NCBI GenBank assembly: GCA_047967505.1
Contig: CM106538.1
DNA length: 64,000 nucleotides
Strand: one strand, 5' to 3'
Source: Dipteris shenzhenensis
Lineage: Eukaryota
Part shown: positions 21,623 through 35,990 of the stretch, one piece after another
How the letters are laid out: each line of letters opens with the position of its first letter
How positions within the stretch are numbered: position 1 is the first letter of the stretch
The notes under the pieces: generated by a model
The model's input: only the letters and a program-made list of their open reading frames with translations
Databases searched by the model: none
Told to the model about the DNA's origin: nothing
Made by a program: the position numbers and the translations under genes

Positions 21623-24600
21623 CATGGCATCAATGGAAGCATGCGGCTCACCATGGATTGCAAGAGAAGCAGACAGAGGCTGTGAGGTCAAGGCATAAGG
21701 AACAAAGTGTGGGTCGAGGAAAGCATTTGCATGGTATCAAAACAGCAACGGAAGACACTTTTGCAACACCTGCAGAGGAAGAAATAACAAGAAGGAAGAA
21801 GACTCCTTATAGAGCAGCAGTAAGAAGCAGTTGTTGCAGATGCATGCATTTGATCATTGCCATCAGAGTGAAAAACACGAGCCATGGTGTCACGATCGGT
21901 GGGAGCATTCGAGGCAGCAACATGAGGCCATTCAAGTGATTACTAGTCTGGAGTCTTCACAAGCTTTAGCCCGTACCCTAAAGTTCATAGAGTAACAACC
22001 CTATCAACACCTCGGGAGATGCACGCCCAAGAGGTGATGCTCTCTAATCTGAGAAATGGCCTACAGAAAGTAAAAGAGGTGCACAACTTAGATCAACTAG
22101 TTGCAAAGAGGGTGACATTAGCTATGTCAGTGTCCCTTGAAACAAAGGAGAAACGGCTTGGGCGCACAATGTCAAAGATGTCAATCAGAAGGACCAACAT
22201 GGCTCCAGTAGTTGAACGTAGAGCAGAAGCAATGCATGATCATCCCGATCCAAGAAGTCTGTGGGCTTGAGCAGAACACAAGAAAAGGAGACACAGCCTA
22301 AGTGCAGAAGTCATTGCTGCAGTGGCAACATTTTGACATGAAAATACGGGAGTTTCTCCAAATAGAAAGGACATCTGTAAGAAGCAAATGGGATGCGAGG
22401 TGCTTGAGGAGCATATCATACACATGCTAGATACAACGCAAGTTAGTGGTGGCTAAACCACAACCCAGTGCTTGTTTGTGATTGAGCTTTGGGATAGTTT
22501 ACTTGTTTCATTTCTTAAACCAGGCTTGGACTAAATGTGCTTGTCCTAAACTAGCTTGGTGGTTGGAACATCATGCAATTGTAGGCTAGTTCAGCTCAAT
22601 CGCTAGTTATGTGATTGTCCTGAACCAGTGTGGTTGAACAGACATTAGTTGTTGTCCAGCCCAGTGGCGTGGTTGAGTAGAAATTAACAATAATATATTT
22701 TGCAATAGAATAGCAATATATTGTTATTTACTAAACCATCTCGGTGGTTGGAACATCATGCAACCATGGCTGCTTCAGCTCAATCACTAGTTATGTGATT
22801 GTTAATGAACCAGCGTGGTTGACTAGACATTAGTTATTGACCAGCTCACTGGTTGAAATTATTCTGTTTCTTAGAACTTAAATTTGTTAAATTTAATTTC
22901 CTGTTATTCGGGTCATATACCACTATTTCTAGATCGGGATGGCTTGGAATTAATGTGATTATCCTAAACCATCCTAGTGCTAGTTTAAGATAAACGGTTC
23001 ACGACAAACAACAAGCAGTTATACTAACATAAAATTATCAAATTCAGAAATGAAAAGCAATATATTGTTATTTTCTAATTGTGAAATTCAAAAATGAAAA
23101 GCAATATACTTGTTATTGTCTAATATGTGAAGTTGAGACTGTCAAGCTAAACCAGCCCCATGGTTGACTGTCCTAAACATGGCCTAAATCATCCCGATGT
23201 TTGATTGTCCTAAACTAGCCAAGTGATTGAAATTGTGACTGTCCTAAACCATCCTAGTATTTGAAATTGTGACTATCCTAAACTAGCACGGTGGTTGAAA
23301 ATTATTTTGCTTCATTATATACTTTAATTAGAATGTGTTTTGTCTTGTTTTAGTAGTGCAAAAAGGGGGCTCATTGTTCTGTTGTTCCTGCATGTTGGGT
23401 CAGTTGACGAAGTTGTATCTCAAGTTTATGGATCAGAATTCGAACATTTCGATTGGGCAGAGGAGCTTTGAGTATTGTAAGCCCTAGTACATCAAGAAAC
23501 TCAAAGATAGGAATGTTTGTTGTTACAAAACACACATAGACTTTGACTTGGCCCAGCAAGCTATGAATGACTTGAGATCTGGTCATGTTGGAGCATTGCT
23601 CCATGGGGATCGATGCCCATGCCTCCTTGATGAATGCATAGTCTATAGGCCACCTGGATCCTCATCGTGTGTTACAAGGGAGGGCAAGTTTTGTAGCCCA
23701 AGGTCTCGAGCCAGTGGTTTGTCCAAAGGGAGATCGTGAGTTGCACTAGATTGAATGCATTTGTGGCACATGCAAGCATTGCAGTTTAAAGCTAAAGAAG
23801 AAGACATTCAATGTCTATCCAAATGAAATGAGGGAAGACAACCATGTTGCTCTAAAATGGAAGAGATTTGAAAATGTTAATGTTAAAGGATCCGATAAAA
23901 AGAGATGGCTACTGTCATATAAGAGCACTCAGCCAAGGGAGCTTATAGGTCACGTGGCTCAATCCGTCCCAAAATATGTGCTTCATAATTTCACGACCAG
24001 TTGTGGGGTAGGATAAGCAGTTCAGGACATGCCTTGCCAATTTTCCCTGTGACACTATTGTCTCTGTCATAGATTTTGTTGAAAATTATTCATTTCAAGA
24101 ACAAGATGAGATACAAGGTGCTCACTGGTACAACAAGCAGATAATAGCATGGGGGTGTTGGAAGACAATGTGACAAAGACACTTGGTGGTTCAAATTTGG
24201 GAGATATATAAGTGACAGGGTCCGAGGGTCCTCAAAATGGTATAAGACACGACTGGTTATTCCTTCTTCTTTTTTGACAACATGATTGAATGTATACAGA
24301 TGTCACTTGAAGTAGTCCTTACATATTTTGTTTTTGGCTGTCTGGCAGTGGGTGAATCGGTCAATATTGCTATTGTTGATGGAGATTTGCTTGATTTTCT
24401 CAAAAACTTGAGAAATGACATCCCTTCAATGGAGCCGAATTCTCTAGGTAAGGCAGATGGTAGCCATACTTCTAGTGAAATGGAGCGAGTAGATGCGGAT
24501 GCACCAAATCCAATTTCTCTTGCGTATAGTCATTTGCTTGATTCTTACATGCATGATACCAATCTTCTTGTTGTGCTGACTCACAGGAGTCCAGGTCAGT

Positions 24601-25490
24601 GTAACACACATACCATTTCTACATTTCAGATGATAGGGAGGAACACATGATGGATGCGGCGTTGTTATTAAGCAAGCTCGCTCTATTTAAACACCAATTA
24701 GCATGCCCTCAAGAAAAACTCAATGATGCCCATGATGTTGTAACATGGCTTACAGCCAACCTGTCCACAGATACTCATTCAACATACAGTAAACAAAGCC
24801 TTAAGAATACTATAGTAGGCAGAGTGTTCCATGAAGTGAAAGTGGATGAAGTGCAAAGGAGAAGCTGGCACGATTGCGAGAAAATTAAAGTTCATGGTTT
24901 GCATAGCATGTGGGTCTTTTCAAACAACCAACTGATTAAAACAAGAAAACTTTCTTGTTTTTGCAGTGGATCATGACTATTGTGAAAACATTGCAATTGT
25001 GAAGACATGGGAGCGAGTTCAAGTTTTCCCTCTACGTTCAGATGGAGTGACAAACAAAGGAGAGACAAATGACTCGCCATAGTTTGGGGAGAGTTTCATG
25101 ACCTCACAAACTGTCTGGAAGAGGGGGATAACTTTGCAGTTGTCGTGCAGCATCTGGGGAGAACGAGGAAGATGACCCATACTTTTGAGGAAGATGACCC
25201 ATACTTTCTATTGTAGTGCACAAAACCTAAGCACAAGGTTGAGGTGAGTAAACATTTAAGGATAATTGGGGAACAACCTCTGAGTAGTCAGAGCTTTTTC
25301 GTACAAAAAACATCCCAGAGAGGCCGCAATTACAAACTGCTACATCAGAGTCCACAAACATTTGTGTACTCTCATCTAGTAAGAGCTATTAAGGCCACAA
25401 TGAAAGAAGGGCAAGAGTGTCTTCAAATTGGATTTAGACATGCATGAGCACATCTCTGGAGTGTCTTGAAGTGATGGATGAGGACGACTA
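21623..25490 (+). pseudogene. Degenerate DNA transposase, probably Sola2-like DDD family
   Basis: VSVIDFVENYSFQEQDEIQGAHWYNKQI (~24059-24143); YHFYISDDRE fused to HDGCGVVIKQA (~24610-24678); upstream SIGQRSFEYCKP.YIKKLKDRNVCC; downstream RVFHEV and TRKLSCFC. Termini not found. Confidence 0.55.
22445..23300. repeat. Degenerate tandem repeats (GTCCTAAAC(C/T)A.C / TGGTTGA units) within the transposase remnant
   Basis: Recurring GTCCTAAACTAGC and CTAAACCATCC, plus a duplicated GGTGGTTGGAACATCATGCAA block at ~22558 and ~22743. Confidence 0.65.
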
Positions 25491-25651
25491 AGATAGTACT
25501 AAGAAAATGTAGTCTCATTGCAAGGAAATAATATTCCACTTGTCCTAGAAAATGAAAATGTATTTGAAACTATGCTTCTTTTTAGTATATCCCAAACAAC
25601 CACTGTGCTGGTTTTATTAAATTGTTTTTGTAAATTCCAAACGATAAATCC

Positions 25652-26200
25652 CATGCTTGTTTTTAGTATATCCCAACAACCACCGCACTGGTTTCCCATA
25701 ACGAATCCACACATCCACAAATCCATTCATCTTGTAGTAATAGAAGTAAACCACCGTGCTAGTGGCTGTTAATATCCTAGTGCAACCCACCACAGCATTG
25801 GCAATCACTTATCCTACACTACTATCATGCAATCCCTACACTACTGCTGTGCTATCCTAACATTTGTTGCACAGTGCTATCCTAAACACTCCACTTTGGA
25901 CTATTTATCAATAACCGTCAGATTTCATCTCATGCTTGTTTTTAGTATATCCCAACAACCACCGCGCTAGTTTCCCATAACGAATCTACACATCCACAAA
26001 TCCATTCATCTTGTAATAATAGAAGCAAACCACCATGCTGGTGGCTATTAATATCCTAGTATAACCAACCACCATGCTGGCAGTCACTTATCTTGCACTA
26101 CTACCATGCTATCCCTACACTACTGCCATGCTAAAATATGTTGCATAGTGCTATAGTAAGATAGTCCCCTTTAGACTGGTTATCGTTAACCATCAAATTT
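25652..26200. repeat. ~280-bp tandem duplication
   Basis: CATGCTTGTTTTTAGTATATCCCAACAACCACCGC at 25652 and 25931, with collinear downstream sequence. Confidence 0.88.
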
Positions 26201-26689
26201 CAACCATTGGGCTACTTAAAACATTTAAGTACTAACATGGAAGCAGGTCGACACAAAATCAGGTATTATGAGCACCATGAGAAAGTCCACAAGTCCAAGA
26301 AATGTCTACAAGATTTTTACTTTTTCAAAATACGACAACATTTTGCGGCGCAAGGAAATTCCAAACTCCCAATTATCTTATTAGCCTCTCTATAGCATGC
26401 ATCTCCCAGCTCTTTAGGTCAATCTAATGCACAATGGTAGACCTCTTCACACACTTGGATTACACACTGCTTGCTTGACTCTACTGACTTGTATGCCCAT
26501 AGTAACTCCTCCTTTCATTGGGGGTCCCCTTCATCCTAGTCTTTGTGCTCTATACATCTTCACACCTCCATCGTGTCCTACCAAAAGAAACCTACATCAT
26601 GAGCTTGACAAGTACCTTAAAGGAGAAGGAAAAACAATAGCCAGGGAAATTAATATTCACCATCTGTGAGGATGAACATCTGCATATGG

Positions 26690-27350
26690 ATCCATATTGT
26701 ATCCTTATTAGATCACTAATGTATTCCATGGTCTGCACACGACCAAACATATCTACTTTTGTGATTGAGCTTGTTCAATTTATGACTAGCAACCAAACAT
26801 GTTCTCAAATCTCTTAACAGCACCTCCAATTTGGACACTACTTATTTGACTCAATCACCACATCTCTTGGGCCATGCCCACTTTGGACATACGATATTGG
26901 GTGATCATTGTTCAAAGAATGGTTATAATTTTGTTGTTTGAAGGACCAGTCTCTTGGGCTTGCATAAAGAAGAAGTCAATTTCCCTCTCCTCCATAGAAG
27001 TCGAGTACATTTCTATGTGTCACACTGCCAACAAGGAGCATGTGTGGCTTCACAGATTGGTCCAAGAGATTTTAGGATCCAGTTCACCTCCAGCATCCTA
27101 TATAATGGCAATAATGCTTATATTTGGCTAGCAAAGAATGGTTGCCATGACCCACTACAAACGTAGCAAGCACATTGATCTCCACGAACACTATATTCAT
27201 GACCTTGTCCAACAAAGGGAGCTTCTATTACTTTACTGCCCCATTGCAAATATGCTTTCACTAATCATTTGCCAAAAATTAGTTCATTTTCTTATGCACT
27301 GGCATTGGCATAACATCAACACATTTGACTGTCGATTGAGGGAGGGATTA
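26690..27350 (+). pseudogene. Copia RT C-terminus/RNase H remnant with PPT
   Basis: GPVSWACIKKKSISLSSIEVEY, HYKRSKHIDLHEHYIHDLV; ends in PPT-like GAGGGAGGG (~27338-27346). Confidence 0.85.
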
Positions 27351-28160
27351 TGAGGAGTTATCAGATCAATTGAAATCTATTTACTTAGTGATGTTAATTA
27401 CTTAGGTAGTTTACACATTCAGAGGTACCCTCCCTGGGCAACTGCTTGAATCAATGGAGGTAGTTTTTAACGATAGACAAACATCTTATTATACAAGCAC
27501 ACACTATCCATAACTTATCTTTCTAGTCCTACATCAATTCCACATTCAGCCCTCTCCAAGGGTAGCCAAGCTTCACTCCCTAGTGATGGATACCTTTCAA
27601 ATCTCCTAATCACCTATGCTTTTAGAGTCCTATAGATCATTGGCAATTCCTTTTAATTACAAAATCATCGTTGGGTGCCCATGGGTTTGGAATGGGTGCA
27701 CACATTCGAGATTCCCAATGAATCTTTTTAAGTGCCCATACATTCTACTTGGCATCCTTTGGTGGTGTGTAAACAGCCTTAGCTAGAAAATGGGCGAGTC
27801 CCTCTTGCCATGTATGAATACTTTCTTACAAAAGGCTCATGCTCATTTCGTACATGTGCTCTAGCTTTAGGTTGCTCACATTGTCGTTCCTCCACCTACT
27901 CTCAGGAAATTCCTTCGTCTCTCTTGATGCGTTTATGACTTGGGTTTTCTTTGATTCTTTTTCTTTTTTTGTTTTTAGTCATTGCACTATGGTGCTCGAT
28001 AGTAGTATATGCACATGAATCAGATGCATTTTAATGCTTTGAGCTTTGTATTTTTAGTGATATTACCCTCCATTATGAAAGACATATTTGGGTGCACCTG
28101 GTATTTGGTGTGATTCTTTCTTGCAAGCATTGGGATTTGGGATTTTTCTTTATTTGAATC

Positions 28161-31100
28161 ATGGCATCCTCTTCCATCTTTAAAAAAGAGTTTTTCAGCA
28201 TTAAAAAGTTTAATGGGCCAAACTTTTCTCTATGGAAAGAACAGATAAGGGATGTGCTTATTCAAAAAAAGTAGATTAAACCCTTGGAAGGGATTGCCAG
28301 CTAAGCCTGCAGCTATGTCTGAGGATGATTAGCATGAGTTGGATGCATTAGAAAAGTCTACTATTAGACTTCATATTATAGATTTAGTTTATTTTATAGT
28401 AGTAAATGAGCAGACCACGAAAGATTTGTGGAAGAAACTATGTGCCACTTATTGGAAGGAAACTGTCTCTAATAAAGTTTACCTCATGAAGAGGTTGTTT
28501 GAGCTGCAGATGAAGGAAGGGGTCTCCATTGTTTCACTTGAATGAATTCAATATTATTTTCAGCCAACTTCAGGCTCAGAAGCTGAATCTTGATGAGGAG
28601 ACTAAGGTAATATTCCTCTTATGTTCATTGCGGGATACCTTCCATACAACTGTCGGTAACTCTGCACCTGGTGGAGTACTGAAGTTTGATGATGTTGTGG
28701 GTAGCTTGTTGGCCGAGGAGATTCGATAGAACTCTATGGATGGCAACAAGCAAGATGCAGCCTTAAATGTGCAAAGGGACAGATCACAGTTCAGGGGAAA
28801 GTCCCAAGAAATAGGAAAGTCTCATAGCAAATCTAGGGCATTGTGGAAGATTGAGTGTTACCATTGTGGGGGCAAGAAGGGCCGGAAGAAAAAGGATTGT
28901 TACAAGCTGAAAAGAGAGAAAAAGTATAAGAAAAATAATGCAAATTGTTGTGCAAATAAGAAGGAAGAGAGTCCAAGGGAGGACAAAGGAAAAGTGAAGA
29001 TCAAGGAGATCAATGCATTCATCATCACTGATAATAGTGACAATGATGTTCTCTTCATGTCTAGTCTACCTATAGAGTTGCTTACCACTTCAGATGATGC
29101 ATATTCCTAGGATTGGATTTTGGATTCTAGTGCTTCATTCTATGTTACTCCCCATAGGCAATGGTTCTCCACTTGACAGTGGAAAGACAGGTTATGTGCA
29201 TCTTGGACATAACTATGCATGTGACATAGTGGGAGTAGGTGACATAAAGTTTTCTTTTGCAAATGGGTATGCATTTGTTTTGAAAAATGTGCGACATGTA
29301 CCTAAGCTGACCAAGAGCCTCATTTCAATAGGTCAACAAGATGATGCTGGTTTTTAGACCACCCTTGGCTTTCAGAGTTGGAAAATTTAGAAGGGCTCTA
29401 TGGTTTTGGCAAGGGGTTCCAAGTGTGGGACATTGTATCTCTTACATGTATCAGGGGTGTCTGATCATGTTGTTGCAATAACCAAGTAGGAAAGTACTTT
29501 ATAGCATTGCCAATTGGGGCACATGAGCCAAATTGAAATGAAACTCTTATGCCATTTGGGTTATGTATTGCATTTGAGTTTTTTAAATTTTGAATTTTGT
29601 GAGAGCATTGTCTCTATGAAAAGGAGACTAAATCAGCCCATAAAAGAAGGGGAAAGAAAGAGCTTGAAAAGCTTGATTTGGTGCATTTAGACATATGTGG
29701 TCCCATGCCTACACGGTCATTAGGTGGGGCTAAATACTATGTGACATTCATTGATGATGCAACTAGGAAAATGTGGGCTTATGCTATAGCTCAAAAGAGT
29801 TATGTGTTTCAGGTATTTTAGAAATGGTTGGATTTGGTTGAAAATCAATCAGGTAGAACACTTAAATGCCTATGGATTGATAATGGTGGAGAGTATATCT
29901 ATTATGACTTTTAACATTTCTGTGATACACATAGGATCAAGAGAGGGCTCACGTCTTCTCATACTTCAGAGCAAAATCTAGTTGTAGAAAAGATGAATCA
30001 CACTATTCAGGAAAGGTTGGAACGTCTGGTTGTGAAGATGACCACACTTAGATGTGTACTTGGACTTGTGGTAGAAGAGGATATGGAGCTTATGTAGATG
30101 GATGTCAAGACATCTTTCTTGCATGGGGATCTGCGTGAGGAAATTTACATGGTACAGCTGGAAGGCTTTGAAGAAAAGGGCAAATAGAATTTGGTTTGCA
30201 AGTTGAAAAAGAGTCTCTATGGCCTTAAGCAAGCACCTGGAGAATGGTATCAGAAGTTTGATGCTTTCATTTGATCCCAAGGTTTCAGACGAAGTGAGAT
30301 TGATGACTGGCTCTACACTAAAAGGGCTAAGGATAATAGCCTAATACTCTTGGCACTTTATGTGGATGATATGCTATTGGCTAACAAGAACACTTATGAG
30401 TTGGATGCACTGAAAGCCAAGTTGCATGAGGTCTTTGACATGAAGGATTTGGGGCCTACGAGTCATATTCTTGGTATGCGCATCACATGTGATGGGAGTA
30501 GGAAACTCCTTTGGCTTTCACAAAAGGAGTATATTACAAAAGTGTTGCAACATTTCAATATGGAGGGGGGGAAGGGAATAAGTACTCCATTACTCCATAT
30601 GTGAAACTGAGTTAGATAGATAGTCCCAAATCAGATGAGGACAGGGCCATGATGGTGGCCAAGGTTCCTTATGCAAGAGCGGGTGGGAGTATTATGTATG
30701 CTATGATAGCTACTAGTCTGGACATTGTATTTGCAGTGGGATTTGTGAGCCGGTATATGGCTAACCTAAGAAAGAGGCATTGGGAATCAGTTAATTGCAT
30801 CATGAGGTACATGAAGGGTACTGAGTAGATGTGTATCGGCTTTGGCAAAGGAGAGATGCATGTACTTGGGTACACAGATTCAGGCTATGCAGGGCATGTG
30901 GACAACAGGAGATCCACTTCTGGCTATGTGTTCACCTTTGCAGCTGGTGGAGTGTCGTGGATGTCTTGCACACAAAAGTGTGTTGCTTTATCTACCATAG
31001 AGGCTAAGTATGTTGCAACCATAGAGGGTTGCAAGGAGGCTATACGGCTTGATCAGCTAGAGGGAGATTTGGGGATTCATACAAGTGTACTGACATTGCA

Positions 31101-31319
31101 TAATGATTTGATGAGTGCTATTCAGCAAGCATAGGACCCCGTTTTCATGCAAAGACCAAACACACTGAGGTTAGGAACCATTTCATCAAGGAAGTATTGG
31201 AGGACAAGCGCATAGAGCTTGTCAAGGTTCATACAAATGATAACCCTGCAAATATGCTGATGAAGAGTCTACCTAGTCAGTGGTTTGAGTATTGTCGTGT
31301 ATTGATGGGCATTGGATAG
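28161..31319 (+). pseudogene. Degenerate Ty1/Copia gag-pol with internal IN-RT deletion
   Basis: Gag KFNGPNFSLWK; knuckle CYHCGGKKG; protease WILDSSASF; IN LDLVH.DICGPMP...VTFIDDATRK and DNGGEY; RT MDVKTSFLHGDL and LYVDDML; RH GYTDSGYAGHVDNRRSTSGYVF. IN joins directly to RT near 30020. PPT-like ATGGGAGG ~31364, then TG. Confidence 0.92.
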
Positions 31320-31554
31320 TATGTCCACTGGTTGTTCTCCCTTAAAGGCACATTGGCCTTTAAATGGGAGGTTGTGGGGGTTAAAGGCCATTGTTCCTTA
31401 ACCTCAGTTATGTACAATACTCAAACACACATATATATAGGGATGACATAGAAGATTGAGGTGTTTTGCGTCCACCAAAACTTATGTGGCTCTCTTTTGG
31501 CTCTCCCTCTCTCTCACCCTTTTCCATTCTTCTTCCGTTGAGAGAACTCTCAGT

Positions 31555-32470
31555 CAACTACCCTAAGGTGCATGCAAGTTATCTTGCCCATTGGATATGG
31601 TTTTTATACTTGGGGATGCATTATACCATATTTCTCACCAAGTATCATGCACAAGGTTCAAAAAACATGCTTTTATGTGCCTTATTGGAATGTGAGAGTG
31701 TCCAATGGGCATGATACTTTGCATGTGCTTTAAGGTAGGTGACATGGTTAGGGTTCTTATTCAAACATGCAAGTATCCAATGGGCACTCTCCTCTATCAC
31801 ACCCACCTTAAGGGGCGTGTGCAAAGCATCATGCCCATCGGATATTTTTTGTATGGTTGGGGATGCATTATACAATTTGTTCACCATCTGCCATGCTTAA
31901 CAACTAAAAAACACATTTTGGTGTGGCTTGTTCAAATGTACGAGTCTCCGATGGGCATGATACTTTGCAAGCACCTCAATCTGCAAAGAATCGTGCCCAT
32001 CAGATATGGTTTGGATGGTCATGGATACACTTTTTCTTGTTTTCCACCACCCATCATGCACAAGGTTCAAAAAACACGCATTGGAGAGCCTTAGCCAAAT
32101 GTGTGAGTCTTTGATTTGCATGTGCCTCAATTTTACCCACTTCAAGGCCTATGCAAAGTATCGTGCCCATTGGTTATTGTTTTCATGGTGTTTTACCACC
32201 CTTCATGCACATGATTAAAAAAACACTCATCGAGGTGTCTCATTCAAATGTATGAGTGTAGGATGGGCACAACACTTCACACACACCTCAATCTCTCCTA
32301 ATTTAATGCCTGTGCAAAGTGTCAAGTCCATTTGATATGGTTTGCACCAGTTGAAGAAGGATTTTACCTTGTTTTTTCTCTACAGTCATGCAGAAGGGTA
32401 AAAAACATGCTTCTATGTGCCTTAATATCACCCACTTTAGGCCCCCCATCAAATATGGTTTGCATGGTTG
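31555..32470. repeat. Degenerate tandem/satellite array
   Basis: Recurring CATGCACAAGGTTCAAAAAACA (31646, 32055, variants ~32204 and 32388), ATGGGCATGATACTTTGCA and GCCCAT(T/C)(G/A)GATATGGTTT. Confidence 0.7.
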
Positions 32471-32679
32471 AGATGCACTTTTTCTTGCTTTTTCATCTTT
32501 AAAAAAATATAAAAGTTGTAATAAAAAATATATTGTTATTAATCTTTGAAAAAAGAAGAAGAAGGTGCTCTTGTTCACATAGAAAGAGATTATTGGACAT
32601 GGGTTGAGAGATTACCTTTTTAATAAGTTGGTGGTCACAATCCCTAGTCAAAGAGTATGCATGATTGCACATACAAACT

Positions 32680-33520
32680 CTCAATTATGGCACTAAAGGT
32701 GTGAATATGTTAGCTTTAGATCCATGAATTTTCTTGAATGCAAGAACATGGTGAAAGGAATCCTATCAATCAAAGGGGGATATTTGTGTGAAGGATGCCT
32801 TTATGGGAAATAGCATCGAGAACCCTTTCCCAAGTGTTAGGCCACAAGAGCCAAGAGACCATTATAGATAGTGCACAGTGATATTGTAATGTACATGATA
32901 AATATGCCATCACTCAGAGGTGGCAAATTATTTATCACGTTTATTGATGACTACACCAGGAAAATATTTGTCTACACCATGAAGCAAAAGTCCAAACTAC
33001 TTGCAAGTCTCAAAGAGTTCAAGACTATGGTAGAAACATAGTCTAGTTGTCAAATCAAATGCCTTCAATATGACAATGAAGAGAATACATCTCTAAAGAC
33101 TTTATTTGGTAATGCAAGCAATAGGAAATATGCAATTTTACCTTGGCTAAAACACAACAACAAAATGGAATAACAAAAACGGAATAACCACACTGTTGTT
33201 GAGTGTGCAAAGAGCATGTTGCAAACAAAGAGAACATGCCTAACAAGTGTGGGTAGAAGTAGTTTGCATAATAGTTTATTTGTTGAACCAGTATCCTACT
33301 AATGCTTTAAATGATATGACACCAAAGGAAGCATGGAGTGGGCATAATCCCTCTGGATCAAGTGCCTATGCTCACCTATCAACGGACATGAGGGGTAAGT
33401 TTGATTCCAAAGTGAGAAACACACTTTTGGTTGGGTCTGTAGAGAAACATAAAGCTTATAAGATATATGACCCTGTAGCTCACTAAATGTTTGATGTGGT
33501 GTTTAATGAGAAGGTAAAGC
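32680..33520 (+). pseudogene. Copia integrase remnant
   Basis: LWH, CEGCLYGK.HREPFP, IVHSDIV, FITFIDDYTRK, TPKEAWSGHNP, RGKFDSK, KAYKIYDP. Confidence 0.85.
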
Positions 33521-35204
33521 AAGCTACTTGCCATCATGGTTATGAAGAATCGAATAAAGAGTAGACAAACAAATGGTTGACAGTGCTAGAGATACAAATT
33601 CTCAAACATTCATAGAATGTGGAATATTTGATGACATGCTACCTAGCATGAGTGGGAGCAATCAATGGAATGGGGAAGCATCTTCTAGACATTCTAGAGA
33701 TTCTCAGGTAGATAATGCATCTCATGATCAACATGACCAAGAATCCACATCATCCAAGTAAATGCCAAGGTGGGCAAAAATGCTAGTGGATGAAGCATAG
33801 GACATCATAGAGGATATGAAACCTAGAAGAGTGCAAATAGCCTAATATTGTGTATATAAGTCCCCTCACTCTCATTCTCCTCATTCTACCAAAAGAAGAG
33901 CAAGAGAGAAATCATGAGAGCGAGACATCTTTAGCTTCCATTCTACCGATAGGTATTTCTAAGTTTTGATCTGAATAAGGAAGAGAGAGGAATGGAGAGG
34001 TTGAAGAGGTGAGTGGAGAGGTGGAAGTGGGTGGGAGTTGAAAGGTGGAAGTAGAGGTGGAGAGTTGGAAGTGGGAGATAGAGTGGGAGTTTCCTCCTCC
34101 CCTCCTCTCCCTCGCCATCTCCGTGCCTACGCATGACTGCGATTGTGAGCAGGGAGGTGATAATAATTAAAATGATTTTGTTAAGTTTTTAAAATTAATT
34201 TTATTTCTATAAATAATTAAAAATATAATATATATGTATTTACATTTAAAATTATAATTTTTAATATATTGCTTTATTTTGTTTTAAATTTAGTAAGTTC
34301 CATGTCAAGGCTTAGCATACAAGGTAGTCCTTGGTCAGATGGGACCACTCTGAGGGTTACATCCTTGGACTCTCTCGAAGAGGGTGGTGGTTTTTGCAAA
34401 TTTTTAGATACTAGTTATTAATTAAAAATTAGTACTAGTACTAGGTTAATGATTTTTTTAGTTAATATATGAAATTCATAAATAATATGAATATTATAGG
34501 ATGTGAATATTATAAATTATATGGTTACATTATCTAAAGTTTAGTTGTTTAGCAATGTCTATCTAAAATTTTTATTGTATTTTCATGCAGATTTCAAATT
34601 ATGGAGAACTCTGTAGAAATACCCGACCACGAGATAGAGCATTTGTCTCTAATATTGCTTTTATTTTTTGGGAAGAGAGGATAACCCTGATAAATTCAAA
34701 GATATAGTGGATTATCACATGGGTAGAAGAGCTTGGTTTTTGGTTCAGAAGAAAGACAAGCTATTCTATGTGGTTTCAAGAAAAAGATTTAGAGAGAATG
34801 AGGAGCCATGAGGTGTGACATTTTCTAAGAAAGATATGATTTTTTGCCTCATAAAGTGTGCACATTTTCACAAAGTTAAAGGATCCTAAAGTTGGTGGTG
34901 ATCGTTCTGCTGTATAAAGAACAGATGCTTAACACTTTGTGATGCCACAGCCTAAACCATCGGAGTTCCAACCTAAAAATTGCATTAGAGGCTCTGGCAA
35001 GAATTTGGAGGGAATTTCCAAAGTGTTAACCCTATGGCAACAAGGGCCAGAAGTGCAATCTAGAGCAACAACAATGAAATCATTGTGTGTGTAGAGTAGC
35101 AGCAAAGCTCCTCTTGTAATATCTTGAGCCTGAAAGATGGTATGATGAATCTTAAAGGATGAGAATAGCCAAAATCCTTTCTAGAAAACATCCAATTATA
35201 CTTG

Positions 35205-35465
35205 CACTAAATCTAGAGAGAGAAAGACTAAAAGAATACACTTTTTGAGGTCCCCCACTTTGTGTAGAGACCCAAAAGGTCCCCCAAAAAATATAGAGGA
35301 TGACTAAATCTAGAGAGAGAGACACTAAATCTAGAGAGAGAAATACTAAATCTAGACAGAGAAATACTAAAAGCCTATACTTTTTGAGATCCCCCACTTT
35401 GTGTAGGGACACAAAAGGTCCCCCAACTTTGTGTGGAGACCCAAAAGGTCCCCCCAAAAAGTGGA
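35205..35465. repeat. Short mixed tandem repeats (CTAAATCTAGAGAGAGA; CCCCCACTTTGTGT..AGACCCAAAAGGT)
   Basis: Several copies of each motif; probably LTR/UTR subrepeats. Confidence 0.75.
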
Positions 35466-35646
35466 GGGACTCTTGTCCAAAAGGTCTCCTACAAAAGAGG
35501 TCCCACAATGAAGGTACCTATGAACTATGTAGAGACCAACATGTATATATACTTCTCAATGGGGTTCAATGTTCAAGCTCACTATTGTGTTCATGTGATT
35601 AATCTCCATTGCATCCATGCTCTCTTACACTATTGTGTTCTAGCAG

Positions 35647-35990
35647 CCCTTACCCTTCCACTCCCTACCCTTGTACTTCCTCCTCCCTCCTCCTCCTCCC
35701 CTCCTCCCTTCTCCTTCCTCCTCCTTCTCCCTCCTTCTCTCTCCTTCCTCCTCCCTCCTCCTCCTTCTCCCCTCCTCCCTCTTCTCCTCCTCTCTCCTTC
35801 CTCCTCCTCTCTCCTCCCCTCTCCTTCCTCCTCCTCTCTCCTCCCTCTCTCTCCTTCCTCCTCTCTCTCCTCTCTCCTTACCCTTCCACTCCCTACCCTT
35901 GTACTTCCTCGTCCCTCCTCCTCCTCCTCCCCTCCTCCCTCCTCCTCCCCCCTCCTCCTTCTCCCTCCTCCTCTCTCCTTCCTCCACTCA
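35647..35990. repeat. Polypyrimidine (CCT)n tract with internal duplication
   Basis: CCTTACCCTTCCACTCCCTACCCTTGTACTTCCTC occurs at ~35648 and ~35876. Confidence 0.88.

Noticed and set aside
34590-35110. Possible MULE/SWIM-type transposase exon after an AT-rich intron-like stretch
   Set aside because: Too degraded; no catalytic motif or TIR could be confirmed.
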